Sequence record: PX667085.1
Length of the DNA stretch: 64,000 nt
Direction: 5' to 3' (one strand)
From: a phage
The notes beneath the pieces are model-generated. The model did not search any database. It saw nothing but the letters and a program-made list of their open reading frames with translations, and was not told where the DNA came from. This document shows, piece after piece, positions 56,886 through 64,000 of this stretch (position 1 is its first letter; the number at the start of each line of letters is the position of its first letter). Made by a program: the position numbers and the translations under genes.

Positions 56886-58874
56886 TTAACCACCAGTGTT
56901 AGATTGTCCACTTAGAGTTGAAAGAGATAAACGTTGGAAAATGCTATTTCCGCTATTTTGAATTCTTGCATCAAGAATATTTCCAAACTCGGAAGAAGGA
57001 CTGATCGTAACTTTGATAAGATCACTTGGTATTGCTACCGTATTCTCAACAACAGGTTGATTACGAGCCAAACTTACGTTAGGTGTATAGGCTGATTCAC
57101 GTAAATCTTCAAGAGGATTACCAAATCCAAAAGCACGTGTCCTTGTTTGTTCTCCTCTCCACATACGACCAATATCTTGTGTATCAATACCTGTTAAATT
57201 GTACAACCAATCTGCTACAGGATTGCTGTCTCCACTTTGCGTTGCCTCGTATGCTTTTTGTGCCATAGATTTATTAGGATCTGTGTTGTCTCCGAATGTA
57301 TCTGGGAATGTTTCTTTAAGCCAATTGGTAAAAGATCCGAAACCATCTCCCAATTCTTTAGCAAAACCTCCTAATTGAACTGTTGTCTTACCGAGTTCTT
57401 CACCTAAATCTTTGGCAAACTGATCTAGCACTTTAACGTTATCCAACCAAGAATCATCTTTAGGTAACGCTTTCACAAAACCCTCTAAGAAGTGGTTCTG
57501 CATACCTTGACCTACAAGCTGAACTGTTGCAGCAAAACGAGTAAACTCCTTAGAAGCATCTATTTGTTCTTGAGTTAATGTTGCACCTGTTCTTTGAAGC
57601 ATTTTCAATACTTCATTGTATCCTTCGCCGTTTTTACTAAACATTCGTTGGTAGTGCATAAGGTCGTCACCAAGGTTTTCAAGAAGTCGCCCGATTTGAG
57701 CAGAGTTCATACCTCGACGTTCACCTTCATTAACAGTAGCCTGAATAAAAGCTAAAGGATCGTTCTGTAAAGGTTTAAGCTGTTCTGGATTCCATCCAAA
57801 CAAGTTCATAATGTCATTTATGCCATTATCACCGCCTTTCCACTTCCCTTCTTTCTCATTCCATTTTGAGGCTAAAACTGTATTACCAAGACGTTCACGA
57901 ACGTCTTTAATATTATCTATTGACTTAATAATATTTGCAGAGTCTACACCGTTCTGTTCACCCCAAGCTGTCATTGCCAAAATAGCGTTGGCGTTTGTCT
58001 GAACGTTTTCAGCACCACGACTTACAAGTTTAATTCTTTCGTTAGTATTCATCAACGTGTTACCAACTACAGAACCACCTGCAAACAGCCCAGCACCTAT
58101 TAAAGAGGATGCAATCATGCGTGGATTAAGACCTGCTGCACCTTCTTTTAATTGTCCATATCGACGATCACGATCACGTTTTTGTTGAGCTAATTCACGC
58201 TTACGGTTGCGTTCTATATCTCTAAGTTCACGATTTCGCATACGTATACGCATTTTAGCTTCTGCTTCTAGCTCTCTACGAATACGGCGACGACCGCGAA
58301 CCTCGTCTTCTATTTCAGCATTCTTTTCACGATGAGATCTGCGTAAGGCATCTAACTGGTGAGCAAGAGCTTGGTTCATACGTTGAAGAGTTATTTCACC
58401 CTTTTTGTATTGCTCTACAGCTTTACCCATAACGTCTCTAGCTTCTTGCATAGCGCCAGGACTAGCTTTACTAAATGCTCTTGCTCGATAGTTAAAGTTC
58501 TGCAAACGAAGATTACCTAAATCTTCCCTACGTGCTGCTGCTTTAGCTTCGCGTTCAGCAGCTTTACGAGCTTTTTCTTCTTCTCTTCCTTGCGGGGTTT
58601 TAGGAGTTCTAGGTCTACCAGATCCGCCTACAGGAGCACCCGCTCCAGCGGGAGTAGGTGCTCGCATAGGTTTTTGACTTTGAGTTTGAGCTTTCTTAAG
58701 TTCACGCTCAATCTCTTTCATTTGTTGTCTAAACTTGGTCATGTTCATAGTGGGTTGCATTTTATTTGCAAACTTCTGAACACTCAACACGGCATCTTTT
58801 GCTTCCTTGAGACTGTTCTTGTCCACCTTAAACGTAACCACGTTACTAATTTTGGAGGCGTTAATTTCTAACAA
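56886..58874 (-). CDS. tail tape measure protein
   Basis: 662 aa, charged coiled-coil N-terminus, Gly-rich centre; directly downstream of the frameshifted chaperone. Confidence 0.6.
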   Translation of the reverse strand: MLEINASKISNVVTFKVDKNSLKEAKDAVLSVQKFANKMQPTMNMTKFRQQMKEIERELKKAQTQSQKPMRAPTPAGAGAPVGGSGRPRTPKTPQGREEEKARKAAEREAKAAARREDLGNLRLQNFNYRARAFSKASPGAMQEARDVMGKAVEQYKKGEITLQRMNQALAHQLDALRRSHREKNAEIEDEVRGRRRIRRELEAEAKMRIRMRNRELRDIERNRKRELAQQKRDRDRRYGQLKEGAAGLNPRMIASSLIGAGLFAGGSVVGNTLMNTNERIKLVSRGAENVQTNANAILAMTAWGEQNGVDSANIIKSIDNIKDVRERLGNTVLASKWNEKEGKWKGGDNGINDIMNLFGWNPEQLKPLQNDPLAFIQATVNEGERRGMNSAQIGRLLENLGDDLMHYQRMFSKNGEGYNEVLKMLQRTGATLTQEQIDASKEFTRFAATVQLVGQGMQNHFLEGFVKALPKDDSWLDNVKVLDQFAKDLGEELGKTTVQLGGFAKELGDGFGSFTNWLKETFPDTFGDNTDPNKSMAQKAYEATQSGDSNPVADWLYNLTGIDTQDIGRMWRGEQTRTRAFGFGNPLEDLRESAYTPNVSLARNQPVVENTVAIPSDLIKVTISPSSEFGNILDARIQNSGNSIFQRLSLSTLSGQSNTGG

Positions 58875-58894
58875 AGTATGTTCCTCGTGTTGGA

Positions 58895-59113
58895 TTAAAC
58901 AAGTTTCTTAAACAAATCTGACATTTTATTTGTCTGGTTTTGATGTTTTCTCTTTATTGAAGTGTCTTTAACATACATGGCTTCAACATACTCTTCGTAT
59001 GTTAAATACTCATATAGTTTTAAAAGATAATCTACACCGTAGTTATCCAATGTTTTCAGTGTTTCCGAGGTATCTTTAACGACTTTGCAAAGAATAACCT
59101 CATACCACTTCAA
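58895..59113 (-). CDS. tail assembly chaperone frameshift extension (T-like)
   Basis: Its frame stays open upstream into the 3-prime end of the chaperone gene in the -1 frame. Confidence 0.5.
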   Translation of the reverse strand: MKWYEVILCKVVKDTSETLKTLDNYGVDYLLKLYEYLTYEEYVEAMYVKDTSIKRKHQNQTNKMSDLFKKLV

Positions 59114-59160
59114 AGTAAGGGTTTTCGTTGCTATGTCGATAGCATGTTCAATCGCAGGTG

Positions 59161-59643
59161 TTAATTTGCTGCTAAACTCGTCATCGCCTGAAGCTGTGTG
59201 AACAGTTTTCCGAAACCTCGTTTGAAAAAAGGGCCGTAGTTTACCTCCAGAACTTTAGCAGTAAGATCTAACACTAGTTCTGGGTGAGCCATAAATAATT
59301 CATCAAAATTTTCTGCAACGTTATAACCGTCTTGAGTATAAACCTCATCTAAAATTTTACGCAAAAAGACAGTTAAATTCTTTTCTTCCAAACCTGCAAA
59401 AAGTTGGATCAATGCCATAGCAATACGTGACTCAAGGTCTTCGTCTGCGGACATTGTTGCTGTGCTATACATAGTCATAGGAACAACCAGAACACTACCT
59501 AATTCTGGAATCCTGTCAAACACTTTAGATGGACTCCACTTCATAATACGGAAAGTAACAGATCTGTTTCCATCTAACGGAATCTCAACTACTTCTTCTG
59601 GTCGAGCATATTTTTGAATTGTGTTATCTTGTTCTTGTGACAT
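59161..59643 (-). CDS. tail assembly chaperone (G-like)
   Basis: 160 aa acidic protein between tube and tape measure; GAGAGGAAAA ribosome binding site. Confidence 0.55.
   Translation of the reverse strand: MSQEQDNTIQKYARPEEVVEIPLDGNRSVTFRIMKWSPSKVFDRIPELGSVLVVPMTMYSTATMSADEDLESRIAMALIQLFAGLEEKNLTVFLRKILDEVYTQDGYNVAENFDELFMAHPELVLDLTAKVLEVNYGPFFKRGFGKLFTQLQAMTSLAAN
59223..59229 (-). other. candidate -1 programmed ribosomal frameshift slippery site (T TTT TTC)
   Basis: Heptamer in the chaperone zero frame (cct ttt ttc); the -1 frame from here is open to 58895. Confidence 0.45.
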
Positions 59644-59650
59644 ATTTTCC

Positions 59651-59683
59651 TCTCTAATGATAAAAAGGGCATTTCTGCCCTTT
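59651..59683 (-). terminator. rho-independent terminator after tube gene
   Basis: aaagggc/gcccttt hairpin; typical attenuator after a major structural gene. Confidence 0.55.
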
Positions 59684-59688
59684 ATTTA

Positions 59689-60168
59689 TTATTGAATTGT
59701 CAGAGCAGAGATTGAGTTAAGGGTGCTCAAACCTACACCAACTTCATTACGCAGAAGGCTTGCATCTTTAAGACCAATAACCCATTGGTTCTCTGTAATC
59801 ATTTCGCCAATAGTATCTTCAGGCTGACTTTGAATCCATCCAATCGTGCTAATGTAATAGCCACGTGGGTCTTCTAAATAAACACTGAACGCTACTTGAC
59901 GAGTAGAATACATTGTTTGTGCATATGTTGCAAGTACTTCGTTAGCTGGAGATGTGCGTTGCAAAGACATTGTGAGTGTTCCCAAACGGTTACGACTCAA
60001 AGCTAGTGAAACGTCGCCATCAGTCCCTGCATAAGGGTTGATAATATCGTTAGATTTAGCAATAACGATTTTAGTATCAGCCGCAAAACCCCACGGTTCC
60101 CAACCACCTAATGAAAGGATAACTTGAGATGGGTCGTAGGCCATTACGCCAGTAAGCATTTTATCCAT
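59689..60168 (-). CDS. tail tube protein
   Basis: 159 aa ORF immediately downstream of sheath gene. Confidence 0.55.
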   Translation of the reverse strand: MDKMLTGVMAYDPSQVILSLGGWEPWGFAADTKIVIAKSNDIINPYAGTDGDVSLALSRNRLGTLTMSLQRTSPANEVLATYAQTMYSTRQVAFSVYLEDPRGYYISTIGWIQSQPEDTIGEMITENQWVIGLKDASLLRNEVGVGLSTLNSISALTIQ

Positions 60169-60175
60169 TATAGAT

Positions 60176-60209
60176 CCTCTTTATTTTGATAACGGGGGCT
60201 TAACCCCCG
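60176..60209 (-). terminator. hairpin, putative terminator after sheath gene
   Basis: cggggg/cccccg stem followed by an A/U-rich tract. Confidence 0.5.
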
Positions 60210-60214
60210 CCGTA

Positions 60215-61588
60215 TTAGTTTGCAGTACGGTTAGTCAGGACGTTGACCTGAACTTTAACGTAATGGAAGAAGCCAGCGTAAACATATTCAATCTTCATCC
60301 CATCGACCAGACGAGCATTGATTTGCGCATCAGTCATATCGGCACGAGAAGGAATATAAACAATAGGTTTCAGATCGACACGCAAACCAGTCTCTTCAGA
60401 AGTAACAACTTCATTAGCGATGGAACCGTTGAGGATACCTACTTGGATCGGGTTAGCCAGAACAGCTTGTCGAATCAAAGCCAGACCGTTTGAAGTAGCA
60501 CGAACACCACCACCCAGCATAGACTGTTGTTTAAACAGTGTAAACAGTGATTCTTCTGTGCGAGCTTTAAACCACAAAGCATGAACAACATAGTCAACAA
60601 AGAAACCGCTAACCATCAATCCATCACGATAGAACAGAGTTCCATGCTCTTTACGATAGATGTTACCGTTCTGTTGAACAATATTGTTTTCCGAAGTCTG
60701 ATCCAGTTTCTCGATCTCTACACCTACCAGTGTTTTACCGTGAAGAGTAGTTAAACCAGGTTGACGAGAACAGATTGCACCAACAACTGCCGCTTCTGGG
60801 AATACAGAATCTGCATCGGTCATCCACAAAGCAAAGCAAGTGTTATTATAACCGAGGTCATTCAGTCGTTCCAGAACGTTATCTTCTGCTTTCGTTTTAA
60901 TTCCAGGTTCAGAGCTAGAGAAGAAGTAAACTTTATCATTCTCTTCTACCCATGCAGCCAAAGCTAGAACATCTTCTGTTTCATGGGAATCTGAAAGGGT
61001 CCAGAACCAGCTACTATCGATATCATGCAGAGCAGCAATATCTTCCGTAATAGCATTAGCATAGACAGTTTCTTGAGTGAAACCTGTGCTGTCAATAGAA
61101 CCAAACTTACCTTCTACTGGAGTGAAAGTCATTGCAGCGCCGTTGTTAGCTACTGTAAACAGTGGGCCATAAACAAGATCTGCATTGATCATTTCAGTCA
61201 GACCAACTACAATCTCTTGTGCAGTTGCAGTGTCATCAGCAATGAATTTAAATTCTTTTTTCTTGGTACCATTTTTGATGGTAATTGTGTAAGTTGCACT
61301 ATCTTCTACGATTGGAGTTAGAGTAAAGTTTGTAACTTCACGCTTACCAACCATGACTTGATCTGGTGGGAACAAACCGTTAAACAGTTTGACTGCCATA
61401 ATATACGCTGGATCATTTAATCCATAACCTGCTTCCAAAAGTGCATCGGAAGAAGAGTAATATTGAATCGCTTCGCCAGTTACGTTCTGACCTGTAAGGA
61501 TCAGGGGAATATCGAACTGGGTTTCACGAATTGATGTAGCACCATACAGTAAAGTTACGGTTGCTACCTTTTCACGAAAAGTTGCCAT
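60215..61588 (-). CDS. tail sheath protein
   Basis: 457 aa ORF preceding tube, chaperone and tape measure; AGGAGC ribosome binding site. Confidence 0.55.
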   Translation of the reverse strand: MATFREKVATVTLLYGATSIRETQFDIPLILTGQNVTGEAIQYYSSSDALLEAGYGLNDPAYIMAVKLFNGLFPPDQVMVGKREVTNFTLTPIVEDSATYTITIKNGTKKKEFKFIADDTATAQEIVVGLTEMINADLVYGPLFTVANNGAAMTFTPVEGKFGSIDSTGFTQETVYANAITEDIAALHDIDSSWFWTLSDSHETEDVLALAAWVEENDKVYFFSSSEPGIKTKAEDNVLERLNDLGYNNTCFALWMTDADSVFPEAAVVGAICSRQPGLTTLHGKTLVGVEIEKLDQTSENNIVQQNGNIYRKEHGTLFYRDGLMVSGFFVDYVVHALWFKARTEESLFTLFKQQSMLGGGVRATSNGLALIRQAVLANPIQVGILNGSIANEVVTSEETGLRVDLKPIVYIPSRADMTDAQINARLVDGMKIEYVYAGFFHYVKVQVNVLTNRTAN

Positions 61589-61622
61589 TTATGCTCCTGT
61601 TAGAAACTTAATTCCAATGAGT

Positions 61623-62261
61623 TTATTCGGTAGGGTTGTTAAATAATGATCCATTTTGATTGACTGACGAGTATTCGCCTGGAACCAAAGTAATTGCATA
61701 AACCCTGTTTAGAATTAAATCTAAAGGGATAGGATCATTGTAACTATCTCTGAATGAACGGATGTGCATGTTGATTGCTTCTATTGGTGTAGTAGCAATA
61801 TCTTCAATACTCATACGAGTGTTGAACGTCATAACCATACGCGCTCTTAATTCAGTCTTATCTCCGTCTACAATTGTATTGGCTTGAGCTATATTGGAGG
61901 CTCCTAAAAAACCAAGACCTTTAGAATAGAGATGTTTGTATTTTAATTCCTCTGCACCACGGAGAGCAGCCAGAACATAGCTCATCAAAGTGGTAGGTCT
62001 TCCACGATAGGCTACAAGTTCAATCTCGTAGGTATTATCCATCTCGTAGGAATACATATCATTTTGAATAGAGCTTCGGTAAGACCAACCTCCAGAATCG
62101 CTGGAAGTGATAATACGTAGTGCTAGGTAAGGAGTATCCGGTTTAATGAATGGCTTATCCATAACATAGACTGGCAACCCCACTAATTCTTGAAGGAAGC
62201 CACCTATATTTAAGTAGATGGCATTTTCGTATGCTTCTATTTGTTGGTAAATATTAGCCAA
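61623..62261 (-). CDS. neck/tail completion protein (tentative)
   Basis: In-frame TTG preceded by AAGGAGG 5 nt upstream suggests start at 62261 rather than the track ATG at 62282. Confidence 0.45.
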   Translation of the reverse strand: MANIYQQIEAYENAIYLNIGGFLQELVGLPVYVMDKPFIKPDTPYLALRIITSSDSGGWSYRSSIQNDMYSYEMDNTYEIELVAYRGRPTTLMSYVLAALRGAEELKYKHLYSKGLGFLGASNIAQANTIVDGDKTELRARMVMTFNTRMSIEDIATTPIEAINMHIRSFRDSYNDPIPLDLILNRVYAITLVPGEYSSVNQNGSLFNNPTE

Positions 62262-62703
62262 AGTTTCCTCCTTCTGTTCCATAAGACCAGGAGTTGTTTT
62301 GATCGTCTAATATTGCAACACAGTGATGATGGACTAAGAAAGATGTTCTGGTCCAATCTTTAAGGGAATAAACAGAATACCATTTACCATCTATCAATAT
62401 CTGATCTGATAACTGTTCTGTTCCTTGTTGTAACCCCTTCATTTCTGTTTTAGTCCAGAAACTATATTGAGCCTTAGATCTGTAACCTTCGGGTAGTGCA
62501 TTCAGTGTTTTACCAGATATCGGTTGTAAGCTTGCCGCTTCAATAGTAAATGGTTCATATTCTACACTACTTTCTAAGTTAGCAATAACTGAACCAACGG
62601 CCTCTTTGTAGACTCGTCTACGACCTTGGTATTCAGTTAGATCAAGGAGAGTAAATTGATCTAGTAACACTTGTATCTCCTTTTTAGTATACATCAAAAA
62701 CAA
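62254..62703 (-). CDS. head-tail joining protein (tentative)
   Basis: Operon position upstream of sheath. Confidence 0.45.
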   Translation of the reverse strand: MFLMYTKKEIQVLLDQFTLLDLTEYQGRRRVYKEAVGSVIANLESSVEYEPFTIEAASLQPISGKTLNALPEGYRSKAQYSFWTKTEMKGLQQGTEQLSDQILIDGKWYSVYSLKDWTRTSFLVHHHCVAILDDQNNSWSYGTEGGNFG

Positions 62704-62715
62704 AGTTTATGCAAG

Positions 62716-63204
62716 TTATTTTTTAGACTTGCTTTTTGTGATTTTTGTTTCGATTGCATTTATCATGTGTGCCGTATCTATTAAGATATGATTAGAATAG
62801 TTGCCTTTATCTTGTCGTATCTTAATTGTCACAGGAGATAAAGGACGATAACGTTGCATTGCAATCGCTTGAGCTATTCCTTCTCTAGAGGCTCTCGCTA
62901 TAGGCTCAAAAACAGCTAACCCGACATTATTCAGTAAGTAATTTGCAAACACCTGCTTCATCTTTTTAGCGATATTGTTCTGTGAGATAACAGCACCATC
63001 TGTTATAAAAGGGCGAGCAGGTATGTTGTTTGTTTCATTACCATATTGTTGAATAGCTGCTATTGCAGGAATAGTGAGATCTGATTCAGGATGCCTTTTG
63101 TTTGTTAAAAAACCAGCTTCGATTTGAACTTGTTCAAGATCCATCATCTTTTTGATAATGGTTTCCCAATCTGTATCGTCACCTGGTAAGATCTCACTTT
63201 CCAT
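62716..63204 (-). CDS. head-tail joining protein (tentative)
   Basis: Operon position; overlapping stop/start with neighbour. Confidence 0.45.
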   Translation of the reverse strand: MESEILPGDDTDWETIIKKMMDLEQVQIEAGFLTNKRHPESDLTIPAIAAIQQYGNETNNIPARPFITDGAVISQNNIAKKMKQVFANYLLNNVGLAVFEPIARASREGIAQAIAMQRYRPLSPVTIKIRQDKGNYSNHILIDTAHMINAIETKITKSKSKK

Positions 63205-63752
63205 TATTTGTCCCTACGATAAAAAGAAACAGGTCCGTAATTTCGCAAATAATTAACGTTGCGGGTATTACGATCAACACTTGCAACATTACCAAGACCA
63301 TTCACAGAGTTAGGATCGCTGTTTACTCGATCAATCTCACGAGCATCAACACCGCCAATAAGAACTTTACTGGTTGCTCCTCGTCCTGCCGTGCACCCAG
63401 GAATGACCATAAGACCATTTAAATAGTTATGATAGATATCTTCCCACGGAGACTTATAAGTTACTTGACCGTTGTTAAATTTAACTTCAACTTCGACTTC
63501 ACCCATCTTTTCTCTGCGGGACATAGCTCCTCCTGTTTGAGTACTATTGTTAAGAACATCGTTGTTCCATAAATACTCTAAAACAGAAATCAAGCTGTTC
63601 CACAATACTGCACACTTATCCTTATCTTCATTCCCTATAATATCAATCCAAGTTTGGATAATCTGAATCAGCATTGCATCTGGCAATACTTCTTGAGAAG
63701 GGTTATAAACAAGAATTCGGATCAGTGGTGCCAACTCTACCGCATTCAGCAT
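63204..63752 (-). CDS. head-tail connector/adaptor protein (tentative)
   Basis: Operon position. Confidence 0.45.
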   Translation of the reverse strand: MLNAVELAPLIRILVYNPSQEVLPDAMLIQIIQTWIDIIGNEDKDKCAVLWNSLISVLEYLWNNDVLNNSTQTGGAMSRREKMGEVEVEVKFNNGQVTYKSPWEDIYHNYLNGLMVIPGCTAGRGATSKVLIGGVDAREIDRVNSDPNSVNGLGNVASVDRNTRNVNYLRNYGPVSFYRRDK

Positions 63753-63761
63753 AAGCCCACC

Positions 63762-63995
63762 TTATTTTTTACGAAGGGAACGTTTTTTAGCTGGAGTGTC
63801 TACCGCTTCTACTTTTAAAACTTCTTCTTTGATTTTTACAGGTGCATAGTCTTCGTAACTTACAAGATAGTAACCCATGTGTTCTTCACTTGCAAAAGGA
63901 TGCACAAGAATACCTGTTTCTTCTCTCAAACGCGTGAGGAAGTGAATGAAGTTTCCACCTAATGCAATACGACCATCTTTCAGATAGAAAGACAT
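63762..63995 (-). CDS. hypothetical virion module protein (77 aa)
   Basis: ORF at window edge; upstream region not visible. Confidence 0.4.
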   Translation of the reverse strand: MSFYLKDGRIALGGNFIHFLTRLREETGILVHPFASEEHMGYYLVSYEDYAPVKIKEEVLKVEAVDTPAKKRSLRKK

Positions 63996-64000
63996 TGGTG

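Noticed and set aside
33693-61321. Numerous short plus-strand ORFs inside the minus-strand virion module
   Set aside because: All are embedded antisense within long, tightly coupled structural genes; they lack ribosome binding sites and look like low-complexity frames.
1-64000. tRNA genes, integrase/recombinase, attachment sites
   Set aside because: No intergenic gap shows tRNA-like T-loop/acceptor features by eye and no recombinase motifs were seen; a proper tRNA scan is still advisable.

Overview
This 64 kb window looks like part of a virulent-style, contractile-tailed dsDNA phage genome with no integrase, tRNA or CRISPR array seen. All calls rest on reading the supplied six-frame translations and sequence by eye; no searches or computations were run. 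Bases 1-33524 are a densely packed plus-strand early/DNA-metabolism module with strong GGAGG-type ribosome binding sites and frequent overlapping stop/start codons. It encodes a UvrD-like helicase, anaerobic ribonucleotide reductase NrdD/NrdG, a T7-gp4-like primase-helicase, an N6-adenine methyltransferase, a family A DNA polymerase, a Pol-beta-type nucleotidyltransferase, and an SSB-like protein whose C-terminus matches the bacterial SSB tip. Bases 33588-63995 are a minus-strand virion module (neck, sheath, tube, frameshifted chaperone, tape measure, baseplate, several large fibre/spike proteins and a tail-fibre assembly chaperone). The two modules converge on a bidirectional terminator at about 33552-33586. 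The most interesting content is a Ter-like accessory cluster at 10416-20499 (HAD hydrolase, phosphoribosyltransferase, macro domain, TerC, a duplicated small-gene cassette, a vWA protein and TerD), which I flag as a candidate phage-borne metabolite or stress system. A four-gene glycosyltransferase cluster (21822-24966) and an insulated single-gene transcription unit (27034-27559) are also notable. The 5-prime 3.5 kb and many small ORFs have no recognisable function.
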